The notes beneath the pieces were generated by a model. The model made no database searches, was not told the origin of the DNA, and was given only the letters and a program-made list of their open reading frames with translations. Positions 26,050 through 40,439 of a stretch of 64,000 nucleotides of DNA are shown in pieces; positions within the stretch are counted from its first letter, which is position 1; each line of letters opens with the position of its first letter. Location: positions 1 through 64,000 of the forward strand of contig MU008176.1 of NCBI GenBank assembly GCA_010909165.1. Direction: 5' to 3'. The translations under genes and the position numbers were made by a program. Source of the DNA: Anthoceros angustus. Its lineage: Eukaryota; Plantae; Anthocerotophyta.

Positions 26050-26500
26050 TAGACACTAATGCACATGAATTAAAAAGGTGAAATCAAGGAGGGCCGAAGG
26101 GAGAGCAAATTCGCCTTCTCTCATGTGCTCTTTCAAAGATCATCCTCCCCAATCGATTTGTGTACCCTTAACCACCTCATGAAGAAAGACCAGAAGTGGT
26201 CCGCCATATGATCCAACTTTGCTCAGAACACAAAATCCACTTGGCCAATCCCACCCACCCAGATACACGAGTTGGCGAGTCACCCATCCATTGTTCACCC
26301 TCACTTCTTCATGAGCGCAGCTGCAGCCTCGTGGTCTTCTTTCTCTGGGGTCAATTACCAAGCTCCCATCCTCCGATGCTTCGCCATACATCGAAAGAGC
26401 CCCAAATCCCGCTTTATGCCTCTTCCTCTTCTGACTGTTCTCAATTGCCGACTTGCACCAATGCCGGGCCGTCAGAACACCATTTCTTCTCCATAAATTC
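26050..26500 (-). pseudogene. retroelement-associated unknown ORF, homolog 1
   Basis: VLSKVGSYGGPLLVFLHEVVKGTQIDWG, then after a frameshift RMIFER...FLIHV. Confidence 0.55.
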
Positions 26501-27979
26501 TGTGCCCAGCCTCCGCACCAGTCGCCTCACCTTCCAAAGGTCCATGTTGGGCCACCGCAGGTGGATTTCAGCCGGGCGCCATCTCCTTCTCCTTGTTTCC
26601 CAGAAAGAACTCGACCCACCGCAGACGCCGGGTCAAAAAGGGAACACCACCCTTGCACGCTTCCACTCTCGCTGGCCCTCTGCCTCGCCGCCTTTTCCTC
26701 CTTCCCTTCGCCACGCCTTCCTTCCTCCGCCGCCACCGCTCTCGACGACGCCTTCTACTCCCAGCAAATGTAGACTCGCCCAGCGTTAGCTGCGCGCGCC
26801 TGCCTTGTCAGCCCCGCCCACGCCGCCCGCCTCGAAATTATGACCTCGCGGCCGTGTGTCCGTCTCTCGCTTGCGCCCGACTGCCCGCCCGCCACTAGGG
26901 TTGTAAACTCCTCGTCTCAGACGTCTTTCTTCGCCACTGGTGGAACTGCCACCTCCCTTGATCACAACTGTGTGGGTGTAGCTCTAGCATATAGACACTT
27001 TCTTATTTCTAAAATTACCAAAACCCAAGGACTCTATTTCCGACATACCTATCCGGGGTCGAAACCTAAGGTCCGAAAACAAACAAACACACCCAAAACA
27101 AAAAAAATCGTTTATCCCGACACTTCAGAGGGGGGTTAGTGCACATGTGGTCTTCCACATGCGCGCCATCGCCACCACAACTAAGCTTGGGTCCACAAGG
27201 GAGCTGGGCACATGCTTGAGGCAGAAGGAGGAACCCTAGCTACGTTCTGAGCTTGAAGCCAGAGGGAGAAGGAGCGCAAGAAGAAACCGCTGAAGGTCGT
27301 TGAGCGTGAAGGAACTTGAGACCACGAGGGTGCTGGAGTCAGCCGCCAACGCCAGGAGAAGAAGCACCGAGCTGAAGCGCCGGCGAAGTAAGGACACAAA
27401 AGGAGACCTCGCGAGCACTGGCCTCACCCCGGAAGGAGGAGCGGTGAAGAAAATTGACAGCAGCCGGGGAAGTGCCACCAGGACTAACATTGCTATTGTG
27501 TCTTAGGTTGGGGTTGTTGTCAGTGGCAAAGGGGTGAGAACCTGGAAGTGAAGCTCTGAGGATTGCCAACTCCGGAAATTGGGAAGTAATTCACTCCCCT
27601 AGACGCGCTTGGATTGGAAAGCCACCATGCCCCGAGCAGGAAAAGGCAAGGGGAAGGAACCACTTGCCAAGGGTTCCTCCTCGCGAGGTGGAAAAGGGAA
27701 GAAGGCAGCAAAGTGAGGTTGCCGCCACTGTGAGGGGTGAGGTCGAGATGCCCTCAATTTACATGTTTATGGCAGCTCAACTCCACGATTTGCTGATTTT
27801 CTGCGGAAGAGGAGAACATCCAATTGGGATGGGTATGGCGGTCGCCAATGGGCCTACACCAATTTGGAATTGAGGAGAGTGCTACATCAATCTCCATCAA
27901 TCGGAGGCAGCCCTTGTTGCCGCATTCCGGAAAGGAATGCCCGGACCGATCCCCGCCGGACGGTCCGGAGCATTCGAAG

Positions 27980-28400
27980 GTGTGTATGGAGACTGAGGAG
28001 GAGAGCTCAGGGATTGCTCTCCTCGAGAGGACAAATGGAGGGAAAAGGATTGCCCTCTCGGAAATTCCTCAGGAAGTTCTTGATATGATGGATGGAGGAG
28101 TGAAGGCCCATGCCAAGAATGGCCGGAAAACGGACAGTATCAGGGAGCTGAAGTGGAGGCTCTTTGCGAAGATTGTATTGGGATTAGTAAATTACCAGCG
28201 AACCTCTTACTTCAGCACCAATTTCCTTCAGTTCTTGTGGAAGATTTCAAGAGGAGCTAAGCCGATTGGGGGACGATCATGTACGAAGCTTACATACACC
28301 ACAGGGAAAAGCTCCTCCGGCCAAATTCAGTGGATGAGGAAGGGCCAAGGCCCTGCTACCTTAGCACCTATTTGGTGCACTTAGGAAACGAGACTTCACA
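27980..28400 (+). pseudogene. retroelement-associated unknown ORF, homolog 2 (more distant)
   Basis: WRLFAKIVLGLVNYQRTSYFSTNFLQFLWKISRGAKP, then after a frameshift DWGTIMYEAY...PCYLSTYLVHL. Confidence 0.45.
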
Positions 28401-29869
28401 AGCAAGGAGTTGGAAGATGCTTGGCATCCTTCGGAGATAATCCATCTCCACCAAGTTTGGAAAGGCCTTTGCCTTTCGCCTTGAAGAAAACAATGGGGGG
28501 TCAGACCTCCACAAGCACGCCAGGGCCAAGGGCAGAAGAAGGAGCGGCAACAAGGTTGCCGGAATGGGAAGTCTTTCCTTCCCAAGAGCGTGGGGAGGAG
28601 GAAGAGCAAGGTCCGGCCGAAGAGGGCCGAATGGTAGTCTACGAGCGGAGGACTGCCACAGGAGGGGTGATAGCCCCAAGGGTGGGGGGAGTCCCCACCA
28701 TTTCATCTGCGGTAGCAAGGAGCCACTCCCCCGCCCCACCACCCAAGGGTAGGCATCACCGTGTAGGCGCTCAGCCACCACTGGGAGGGTGGGGCAGTGC
28801 CACCCCTCGGTAGGTAAAGGCACCTGGGGAGCAAACCAATCATGTAGGCAAGCACCCCACGCCTGTGCAGTGCCCATGCATGGGGAAGGTGTGAAGGGAG
28901 GCACTGAGATACGTCATGGACAACACGCAGGCCACCCCTACCTCCGCTACCAAAGGGAAGGGCGATGTAATACAGTGAGAGGGGCCTCACCACTGCTGCC
29001 GACAGTCGAGGAGCACAAGGAGCCGGAAAACTCCCAAAGAAGAAGCGCAGGGTATGTTTTCAAAGCATCACCTTAACTACGTTTAAAAGCCAATAATCGC
29101 CTTTGTTTGTAGGTTTGCATTGTTGTTGAAGCGAGTTCAATCTATTCTATTTACTCTTCATTAGTTGAATAGCTGACCAGATTTATGCTATCGGATATGT
29201 TCATTAGGAAGTTCACAAAGAAAAGGTTTCTTGTTGGTTTTTGTATATCGGATCCATGAATATTATTTAACGAAAATGTTTGTCAGTTAGCGATTTTGGT
29301 GGGATTTCTAGAATGAGCTTCTACTAGGCAATTTGTGTATTCACTAAACATTAGTCATTTCTACTCTAGTGCTACATTTTTCTACCTGATGGTAGATTAT
29401 TTTCACTTGCCACATGGCTCTACTATATTGTAATGAATTTTACTGTTGGGTAAAATAATGACCAAAAGATCAATTCTCTCTCTAAAATTCACACTACCCC
29501 GAAAAAAAATCAACTCAAGCGTCGAGGCCCCGTGAGACGAGGCCGCCTTGACTTTTATACTCTCCGTTCCTTGAGTGAGTTGCGCCCAGCGTAGTAGATC
29601 GGATGATCCCCTTCGGATTTGATCGTCCTTTTGGGTGAGCACTACTCGGAGTGGCAAACGCCTGGCACACACATCCACACATATGCGAAACCCGTCTTCC
29701 CCAATCCGGGCCCTTTCTTGATCTGGGGAGCTGCACCTACCAAGGTAGTACACCGTCAACGAGCCAACTCTAGATTTCGGGTCAATTCCTACCTCCTCCT
29801 TCCGAGTACGGTGGCTTTTGCTGAGAGTCCTTAATGAACTGGGTCAGCAGTAACCCACCAGCCCGAGGA

Positions 29870-32800
29870 GAATCCTCACAACTCCTTTAGATTAGGTGGC
29901 GGCTGCGAAGAGCGCACTGACTCAGACAGCTCGTTTTGGTTCACCTCTAATACCCTCTGTCCCCCGATGGCATTACGACACCCGTGCTCACAGAATTTTA
30001 CTAAAATCATTCGAGTAGCATTTCTCGAGGTGCACCGAGGGCGGTTTGAGTCTCCCTGCCTGGCGCTCCGCATAGTTCCGTAGGTGGCCAATGTGCTTGT
30101 CCTCCTCCCCATGCACACAAAAGTTGTCGAGGAACACCTCCATGAAGTCCCCTCGGGAAGTTCCAAAACGCGTTGGTCACCATCATCGCATGAAATCCAC
30201 GGTGCTCCGTCATCCCAAAGCTCCTCCTCTTGTAGGCGAACGTCCCCCACTCCGTCGTGAACGTTGTTTTATCCTAGTCCGACTCCCTCAAAAAAGGTGC
30301 GAGTTGGTTATATCGAGAGTATCCATCTGTGGCGAAGGTGAGTAGTACTTTAGCCCACCACTTGTCCAAAGATTATCATCCACGAAAGCGGCATGGGAAA
30401 TGGTCCTTCTATGGGCGTGAGTTTCACTCAATCGTGGCGGGGCGCCGTCATCCGTCAGGTACTCCGTCTTGGGTACTGCCACCACAATGGGTGCCACCCG
30501 TTCATTTGTTACAATTGGAAAGATAATGCTCCAGCCTCCAAATACTTGTCGAGGACCTCCTTGACTCTTCAGCAGTGTTTGGGATTGATTTGTCTTACGA
30601 ATCTGGCTAATCCGGACGGGCACCATGCCGCAACCGAGGTCTGTCCGGTGTCCATCCTATGTTCTCCCCATTGTTTAAGAATACCCTTCTTCATGTCCGG
30701 TGACCTTGAAAAGTTAAAATACTTGTTTGAATTCCCCGGCAAGAACAGGTAAGCTCACGCCTCAACTCCGTTGGCATCCCTTTCCGGAACTTTAAGGGCT
30801 TACAATTAGTAGCATCACTCCACATCTTCCACATATCCGGGTTGATCGCTCTCCCTCTCCGCGCCTTGCTGCTTAGCTACGTCCTGAACCCCTCGTCCTC
30901 CGCCCGAGGGTCATCTTGCGGTGACATTCCCCACTCCCGTGAAAAGTTAAATCCGGGGTGAGCGGGTCACTTCTTCAGGGCTCCTAGCCCGTTTCGTCCT
31001 CCATGAACCTCCTCTCTTTGCATCATTCCTCCTGACATCTTCCGTCACATCCACGAGGAAGCGATCGATGACCTCCCATCTCCGAGAAGTCGCCCCTCCC
31101 AGATAGTCCATCTCCTCCTCGAGACTATGAGATTTTGGGAAAGGATAAGGCCGTCCGTTTCCTCCGTTAAATGCGTCCACACTATCTCGGGCGGAGATGT
31201 ACTCAAGAAAGTATTGCTTCTGCAGTTCCCCCACGGTCGATGTCCTTGCTCTAGGTGATACGCCACCCGTCCTTGAACCTCCTTTATCTTGATTCGACCC
31301 ACCGGTTTTAAAGTGGATCTCCTCAATAGGCAAAGTGTAGCTTGCCGTTTAGGCGAGTCACGAGCCAAGCGTCCCCAGCAACACCTCATACCCCCTAAGG
31401 GTCTGCGGGCTTGATGACCACGAGAATCCGGCATGTGTATGGGCGCTGCTATGTTGGCTTGAACTCGGATGCGGACATCTCCGCGGGCGCCGCGCCTCGG
31501 CCAGTCCGCCATCCTCCCGAGGGGTTTTGGTTCACTGCGTTCGGAACGCAGTGAACCCCAAGCGCCGTGGCCTCCGTGATGGGGTTGACTCCGAACCCGT
31601 GTCTAGGGCATGCGTTCTTGATGACGCATCCGCGATCTGCACGAACTACCGGGCGCCTCCCGGGTCCGTGTGGGGCTTACCACTCTTACCTTCCACCGCG
31701 GTTTGGTCTTCCTACGAGGCGGGGTGCCTCGTCGTGGTTGTCTCCTTGATGGCTCATGCGGACCTCACAGCTCGGTACTTGACCATGGCGGCGTGTCTCC
31801 CTCCGCCTTCCAAAGAAACGGCCCGGGACCGGCTTACGCAGCACGCTTCCGGAGCTCTCGCCCCTATTCCCATTCATTCCCGGCGAAATAGCTCGCGATC
31901 GTACCCTTCAGGCGGTGTCTGGCAATTCAGGCCATTGGGCTCATTGCTTCATCCAAGTCCTTCTCCATTTCGGCGACGTCCTACTCCTTGTTCCGTCGCC
32001 GCACCTCTTCCGCCCTCCAACGGAGCTGGAGCCGCTCTATCTCCTGCCTCGTGGTCCGCACGGTGAATTATAGCCTGGAGGCTGCTCGTTCAAGCCATCA
32101 ATCGTTTCTCTTGGAGCTGCAGTCCACCAAGGTCTCCCTTCACGCAGTCCTCCATCTCTTGTCGCCGCTCCTCCGTCCCTTGCAGCTGTGCCCGGAGATC
32201 CTCCATCTCGGCTGTTGCTTGGCCTCCTCTCCTACACTGCATGGCTTGTCCGGTGCACACTTTCTGCTACGTCTGTCCGGCCTTCAAGTTACGGTAGGCG
32301 GCCGCACTCCTCGCCATCTCTCCACCCGCCCGATTGGAATCACATGGCAGTAGTGGTCCCGTCTCTGTTCGCTGGCAACCCGGCTGCCCGCTTCGCCTTC
32401 ACACAGGCCTCCCGGGCTTGGTGTTGCTCTGCCAGGCCCGGGTTTCTGGGCAATGTCCCCCAGCCCTCCTTGCCTTGGTTTTTCCTCCCTCCACGGCTCC
32501 CTGAGGCTGCCCCTCCGTTGCAAAGGTCCTCCGCCTTGCTTGGGCCTCACCGCTTCTCGAGCATGTTCAGACAACAAGGATCTTGGTCCGATCTTGTTGA
32601 AGCCGGACTCGACCTCCTCCTCCAGCCGCCCGGCGCTTCTCTCCTCGAGTTTCTCGACTGAGGGACTCCGCCTTCTTCTTGGCATGCAGACCGCCTCCAC
32701 CGTCCACAGGCATCCACCCCAAGCGGCCTGTCCGTCTCTGGTGGCCTCTAACTTCCAAGGAGGTCCTCCCTGCCCGTTCTGTGAGGGCCATGCACTCCGT

Positions 32801-33300
32801 CCATGGCCCAGTTTGCGACAATACTACCGCTGTGGTCTCCTCTCCCCAGCCGTGCCCAGATAACACCGAAGGAAGTCCACCGTTGTGGGTCGCGGGCATC
32901 TCCCGATCCGTTAAAATAAGGACCGCCAAAGCGTGCAGTCCGGAGGAGTCCGAATTAAGGCTCTCCAGTTCTTCAATGAGGACCCTTAGGTCCACGAGTG
33001 TTCTCGACATGGTCCTCGGGACCTTCCACCTCCTTGGCCCTGCAGGCTTCAACTCTCCTTCTCCGCCCGCCTTCTTAGGGCGTGAGGTGGTGAGGGGGTC
33101 TCGAGGTTTTACTCTACCGGGATGGGATCAAGCTGTGCTGGCCGCGACTGCCTCGCCTCCTCAGATCTCGCCCGCCTTTTCTACGCCTCCGCTTCCCCGC
33201 CACTCCCGGTGAGGCAGTAACCGGCGGGGTCTTAGGCGCTACAAGGATTGGTGGGGCCGTTTTCCGCCTCTTGGCCACTCCTCCTCGTCCATGGGGTTCT
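29870..33300 (-). mobile_element. Ty3/gypsy gag-PR-RT, degenerate; RNase H and integrase missing
   Basis: Protease ALDTGS at ~31575-31600 and GYEVLLG at ~31375-31395. RT motifs FATDGYSRYNQ..DKTTFTTEWGTFAY..FMEVFLDNFCVHG at ~30100-30340. Gag-like coding at 32.0-33.1 kb. Confidence 0.8.
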
Positions 33301-33949
33301 GCACTGGACCGCTGGCGCCATTGGCCATGACCCGCCTCTTCCCGTGGGCGCCTTTCCGCAGGTGCCTGTGACTACTGAGATTCCCTTGGGGTTAAAAAAT
33401 AAGTAGGGTTTTGTTTTTTTAGTAGGAGGCAGTGGAAAGGAGGAATAAGCATGGATAGCACTCCGTTGGACTCGGAGTGGCAACGTACCGGACCTACTAT
33501 GGCGACAGGGCCCGTCGAGAAGCAGGATAAGTCCGGACCCACTCCAGGTCAAAAGCAGGATAAATCGCCCGATAACTTAGAAGTTGAGCGTGAGACGGAC
33601 TAGCGGCGCCACGTGGGCCACAGGTGGAGGTCGGGCATGCAGTGGCAGGCCGTAGCCTGCAGGCCGTTATAGCAGTATTCACGCGGGCTGCAGAGCGTAA
33701 GTCTGTGGCGGCGTGGGCAGTAAGCGGGCGTAGGTCGAAAGCCATGCGGACCTCAGCGATTCACAGACGAGGCGCCTTCCAGCCAGTTACTCCCAAAGCG
33801 GCCGAAGGAAGGTCATTTTGCGACCTCGAGACAATTCTCGATCTCTTGCGCTCATAACCCGGCTCTCTGGCGCTATCTCTTTGAGCGCCCAAGCACCTCG
33901 TGGTTGTTCACCGGGGTTGGAGCGGTGAAGCGGCGAGGAGGCGCATCGT

Positions 33950-34600
33950 GCCGGTCCGATCGGCGGCTACGGACAAGAGGCAGGCGATGGCACCCAAAAG
34001 CTGCGGAAGTTTGGGAGCCATGGAACCTCGTAGGCGCAACATTGTGACCGGCGCTATCTCCGGACTTTGGGCCACAGGTGGAGGCGGGAGAATTAGTTGA
34101 GGAGTGGCACTGGATGTGTTCGGGTGATGCGGGCGTTCGGCAGTCACTCTGGTCAGGAGTTCGCCGGAAGATGTTGGCGGCCACAAGGAGGTTCGGTCAA
34201 GAACCTCGGGAGGACCGGCGATGGACCTTGGAGGGAGGTCTGAGGCTAACCGCCCAAAGGAGGAAGAAGGGGTGGTGCGAGCCCCTCAAGGCGAAGGAAG
34301 ATAGGGCGGCAAGCAGCGATCTTTGAGGCACAGGCAGAGGACCACCAGCGGGTTGATATCCGACTCTTTGACGGTAGGAGTAAGGCGGTAGCCGGATCAT
34401 TATCCATTGGAACACTCACCAAGGTGGATCACCTTGGTGATAACTGATTTCTGCATGCGCTTCTGGCGGGGAAGAGGCGGGCGGGAAGGATTATCTTCGC
34501 CCGGTTAGTCGAGGCAAGCTCGAGGCGAGAAGCCTCGCCATCAATTTGTCCCCACGTATCCATGTGGGGACATTTGAACTCTGAAGGAGGGAGAGCTGAG
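33950..34600 (+). pseudogene. retroelement-associated unknown ORF, homolog 3
   Basis: DNA is collinear with the reverse complement of 43.4-44.1 kb (e.g. CATTGGAACA-CTCACCAAGGTGGATCACCTTGGTGATAAC at ~34406-34445). Frameshifted. Confidence 0.6.
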
Positions 34601-36297
34601 CGGGCGCCCGGAAAGGACCGGAGGCCCGCCGAAGTGGAGCGCAAGGGCGCCCGAGGTGGGGGGCCGACAAGGCCAAACGGACCCGGAGGAGGACGACCGG
34701 AGGGAATTGACTCCATACCTGAACGGACCCCTCACCACCTGTGGAAGTATGGAGGAAATCCCCGCCTCCTCCCGGTGCCCCCCAAATGAGCAGCCAAGGC
34801 AGCAGAGGCGGCCCGACTCCAATAGCCCCCACCGCCCACAACCATACCAAGGAGCCCCGCCGACCCGAGGGAACCAAGAGACGCAAGATGGCTCCAACGC
34901 AGACCTCAGACGGTGCCAAGATTTACCCCCGCCTACCTGAGTGGCAAGAAGAGGAAGCAGAAGGAGGGCGTAAGGGACGCCCAGGAGCAGGAGGTCACCG
35001 GCAGCAGACTCGGAGCCGGTCCTGCCTCCGACAGAAGAGGCAAAGGGCTTGCTCCCGACCCCTCACCTCCGAGCCCTGTGAGAAAAAGGGCGGAGAAGGA
35101 GCGGCCAAAAGGGCCAAGGAGGGTGAAGCCCTGAGCCAAGACTGTGACCTAAGGGTCCCGATTAGGTCCGAGAACCCCCCGACTTACTCCGGATCAAGGG
35201 TATGGAGGTCCTCGGATCATGAATGCCGCCTCCCACTACGACTTTGTGGGAGCCTCACTGGCGGCCGTGGAAGAAACACTCAAGTTCCGCTACCGCCATG
35301 GACGATGCTTTGGGGTCTCGGGATGGCCGAGAAGACCCAGGAGGTAGAAGCCACCCGAGGCGATGGTACCTCCGTGAGCTGGAGGGGCCCAGAGGCAAGG
35401 AGGAAGGCTCAAGCCTCGGCCGAATTGAGGAAGGGAAACGCCGGAGGCCGAGAGGGAAGTCTCGTCCATTCAAGGACCGGACTAAATTCTTCACCGGAGG
35501 AGCACCAAGTGCTAAGGAGGCCAAGCACCGAGGACCTCCGCAGTGAGAGGGTAGCGCAGCAGAGGCTAAGAGGCCCGGCAAGTGAGAGGGCTCGGATCTG
35601 AGGCGGCCCGACCACTGAGCCAAGCCGAGAAGCCTGTGAAGGTGGCCAGGAGGTTACCAAGAAGCGACCGCGATCACTATCCATGCTGATCGAACCGGTG
35701 AGGGAGGCGCCACGGGCCAATCAAGACCGAGCAGCAAGAGAGCAAGCACGACGAGCCTGCAGAACACTGAGGCCAAGACCGGAAATCGGGACCCTGTGGC
35801 GCACCGCAGGAGGTAGAAGGGAGGCGCGGTGAGCCGGAGGATGAAGGACACCTTGGAGTTACAACCCAAGACGCTCTGAGCAAGGGGTTCTCAACGAGAG
35901 TCCAAGACTTGAGGAGATAGAGCGCCCCTCAAGATGGAGCAGGAGGCGGCGGAGCGCGACCGCCCAGCCTGTGAAGCTCATGACAAGGAGATGGAGGATC
36001 TCCTGACTCACCGTGAGGTGGAGCAGGAGATGGAAGACCGCAAGGAGACCTTGAGTCAGAACCCAAACTACCATTGAGAGGAATGGTAGTGCGGGGCACA
36101 TGGTCGCGAACGCCGTGAAATAGGCCTCCGAGCTCATTGTTGGAGACGGAGGCGCTGGCGATGCAGGCAGGAGCGGGGACGTCGCCGAAATGGAGAAGGA
36201 CTGGCGGGGAAGCCCTTGATCAGGAGTGCCAGGCCATGACGGAGAGGAGATGGCTGTTAAGCCAGTAATGGACGGAGAAGCAAACACTTTCCAGAAG

Positions 36298-36540
36298 TGA
36301 AGGATCGTGGGGCCATGCTGGTGGAAGAGGAGAGGAGGAGGCAAGAGTAGCTCTCTCATTGAGATGAGGCTTGGAGGGTATTTATACCTCCAATAGGCTC
36401 CCTAGGAAGCTCCACAAGAAGCTCCTAGGAAGGAGCACAAGAAGCTTCCTAGTGATTAGCTTAAGCTAAACTAATGATATCGACACCTAACTTAGACTAA
36501 GTGTATTAGTCTAAGTACATTGGGCTTTAATACCCTTACA
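36298..36540 (-). repeat. 3' LTR of the copia element
   Basis: TGAAGGATCG...CCCTTACA, near-identical to 41306-41557 and adjacent to PPT ACCTCCC. Confidence 0.9.
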
Positions 36541-39500
36541 ACCTCCCACTTAAAGGCCAATTTACCTTCGTGGGAGAATGGACTATCTCATGCCCATCGT
36601 TAGAGCTTGTGCAAATTGCTCGTAGAGTCCCTTGGTAAGAATATCTGCGGGGTTGGCGGTGAACCTTGACAAGTTGTACCTCTTGTCCAACACCTCTCGA
36701 ATGAAGTGATACTCACATCCACATGTTTAGTCTTCGCATGAAACATCGGATTCTTTGCCAATTGATAGCACTGCTATCACAATGCAACACCGGCACTCAA
36801 CCTTGATCCCCAAGTCTCCCACTAAACGAGCAAGCCATATGGCTTCCTTGCAAGCCTCGATTCGCAACATACTCGGCCTCTGGTAGATAGCGAATGCACG
36901 ATCGCAAACGAGATCGCCATGAGACCCCTCCGTGCGTGAAGACATAACTCGATGTGGACCTCCTTTGTCCATATCCCGCATAATCGGCATCTGTACCCAA
37001 CCACATGCATCTTCACTACCAAAACATATGCACAAAGCTTTTGTACCATTCATACCTCATAACTCCTTTTATCGCCTCCCAATGCTTCTTGCCGTGGTTT
37101 GACATAAACTCGCTAACCACTCCCGCAAAGGCAATGTCGGGCGTGTAGCAATCATTGCATACATCAAACTCCCTACCGATGAGTATGGGACCTTCTCCAT
37201 TTCAGCTTTGTCCTCCTCGTAGCTTGGGCAATCCGCTTGAAAGTTTCACATATGGAGGCAATGGAGTACCCAATGGCTTCCCTTCTCCATGTTGAAACGT
37301 TGAAGCACCATTAATGTATTAAAATGCGAGACAAATAAAGCGACGCTTATGTCTGCTCCGACGAATACGCATGCCAAGTATATGGCTCGCCTCCCAAGTC
37401 TGTCATTTCAAAGTGAGCATTCAACTTTGACTTTGAAATCTCATCGATCTTGTTCGAATTAGCATATCATCCACATAGAGGATCAAAATGAGCAAGCTTT
37501 GATCCTTAGCTTGCTTCAGATAGAGGCAATGATCCTCATCGCCACGCTTGTAGCCTTGAGAAAGCATAAATGAGTGGAACTTGTGATACCACTCTCGGGT
37601 GCCTGCTTCAAACCATAAAGGCTCTTCCTCAACCTCGCACACCGATGCTCTTTGCCCTTCTCAACAAAACCTTGGTTCTTTGCATGTAGACGCCCTCTTG
37701 AAGGTCACCATGCAAGAATGCCGCCTTGACATCCATCCGCATAAGTTCCATATCATCCACAGCAACCAAAGCAAGAACACATCGCAGTTGTCATTTTGAC
37801 TACCGGTGAGAAAATCTCATCAAAGTCAATGCCTGTTGTTGCTTGAAACCCTTAGCAACCAATCGGGCCTTGTACTTTGGTTTGCCATCAAGGTATGACC
37901 TTCATCTTGTACACCCATTTGCAGTGGTGCCTTCTTATCCTTAGGCAACGAACCAACTCCCAAGTTTGGTTCTTGCACGTAATTCATTTCGATCGCATGG
38001 CCTTCTCCCACTTGTCTTTGTTACTCGTTGTGAGCCTCTTTGTAAGAAGAGGGTTCCCCTGTCAATCGACATAACATAATCCGAGATGGATCATACATCG
38101 GTCGTGTAATCCCACTGAAAGCTGCACCTCTATAGGAGCTTGTTCGACTCTTGGTTCATCTACCGGTGGAGGAATGTGCTCGCACATTACCAGTTTCAAC
38201 ACGCCCATGATGATCATGTCCATCTTCTTGAAGATCACCCTTCGCACCTCCACGCTTGGAGTAGGCTTCTGCATCTTGTTCTCATTGAAGAACACGTCGT
38301 TAGTACGAACAACCTTTCTAGCCTCGGATCCCACAAACGGTATCCCATCTCACCGAATCACCATAGCCAAGAAAAATACATTTCTTGGACTTAGGTGCCA
38401 ACTTGTCCCGAAACTCTTTTGGAACATGGCAAGATGCCTCATACCAAACACTCGCAGATGCTTGTAGGATGGTTTCTTTCCGCACTATAGCTCCTCCGAA
38501 CTCGCTCATCAACACCTTATTAGGAGATCATTAATAAGATGGTAGAGACACGCTTCCCCAAAACCCATTAGGCAATCCGAGTTTGACAACAACCACGATC
38601 CTCTCCTCGAATGGTTCATTCATCCGCACCCACACCATTTTGTGGAGAGTATCTGGGATCAATTCTCTTTGATTCCCTTGGAATCACGTAATGACCGAAA
38701 GCTGAAACATACTCGCCACCATTATCGTCAGACACTTCAATCGGTGGCGGTGATTCTCTACAAGGGTGACAAATTTCAAACACCGTAACTTCATCCTTTT
38801 TCCTCAAAGGATAAACCCACACCTTGCGTGAGAAATCATCTATGAAAGTGACAAAATAGAGGCACCGCCTAATGATGCAGAGGCATAGGTCCACATACAT
38901 CACGTGAACCAACTCAAGAGGTTTACTTCTACTTTTACCTCGTGTTCGATGTGATGATTTTATGCTTCCCATATAAGCAGTGCTCACACATCGAGAGATC
39001 GAGAAGTTAAGAACAGGATATAACCGTAACGAGATAAAACCTTCATTCCCTTCTCGAGACATATGTCCTAACCGCAATGCCACAAGGAAACATTTGGGCT
39101 TTCATCACACGATCACATGATCTTTGATGTTTACTCAAGTGAGTACAAAGTGCCACACTTCGATCCACGAGCTAACACAAGAGAACCTTTGGAGATCTTC
39201 CAAGAGTGATCCCCAAACCAGTGATGGTAACCGGCATCATCCAACCGTCCCGCGCTAATCATGCTCTTGTCAACTTCGAACATGCCTAACGCCCTTCAAA
39301 GATGAATGAAGATCCGTTGTCAAACTTGAGTTGCACATCACCCACGCGCGATCCGCATGCATAGTTATTTCCAAGCCTAACGATCCTTTCCTTGTAGCAT
39401 CATACGTTAAACCACTCTATGCGGAGTAACATGGAAAGATGCACCGAGTCAATTATCCAATTGCGAGAATAAATGACTATCCACGGTAATTATGCGACAT

Positions 39501-40439
39501 TCAAGTAAGAAGAGATAAGGACATCTCCGTCCTCAACAGTTTAACTCTTCCAACTCGATGCATTTAAGTCGCCTTCTTGTCTCGCTTCTTCTCTTTCCTT
39601 GGTCCTTTTGAACTTCTTCTCTTTGAAGTGACCCTTTGTGACAATAGTGACACTCCACATTCTTGTTACGACTACGAGATTTGCTACGAGAAAGCATCCG
39701 TTGCTTCCCTTCGCAGGGACCTCCCTCTCACTATGAGGGCACCGGAACCTTTGGAAGGTTCCATGTTTTTCCTGCTCACCTCCTCGTTAACAGCTACCTT
39801 CTACATTTACAATGGTAAGACCACTAGCGAGGCAATTACTCAACATGCAGTGTCCCAACTCTCCGTAATGTGACCAATGAAACATAGCTCTCACGGAATC
39901 AGGAACGTGATACCTTGAGATGAGAGTGGCTGAAAATGGTATTGAAATCATTCGGATGATCGGACATCCTCGTCCCTTCCTTCATCTTCAAGTCCACCAT
40001 TTGTTTCAACCAATACACCGAGAAGCCGCACTTTGCTTCTCATACAGTCACTACCACGCCCGCGATCAGTAACTCGTGGTCTTATCTTTCACATTGAAGT
40101 ACACTGCTTTTGACAATGTTAGCATGATAGTAGATCTAGCAAGCTCATCCAGTCCCGCCACTCATCCCGTCATACTATCCGGTTTGACGCCTAACAACTT
40201 TATGGGCTTGATGCTTTTTACACTAGAACATTATACACTTGTTCTTTCCGAGCGGGAAGTTAGTACCATCTAACTTCTCGATATTGAACATGACGCTCGA
40301 CGATGAAGACATCATGACTCAAAAATCGATACATTAAACACTCAACTCGCCTTGTTAGAAAAGTCAAAGAAAAGCGATCCGTGCGGTCGTATTTTGTCGT
40401 TGAGTATTCCACCCGAATGTCGGCGAATTTTCTCGCCAC

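Noticed and set aside
34741-35601. 286-aa ORF as a cellular gene
   Set aside because: It is low-complexity charged sequence continuous with the retroelement accessory ORF region, with no domain motifs.
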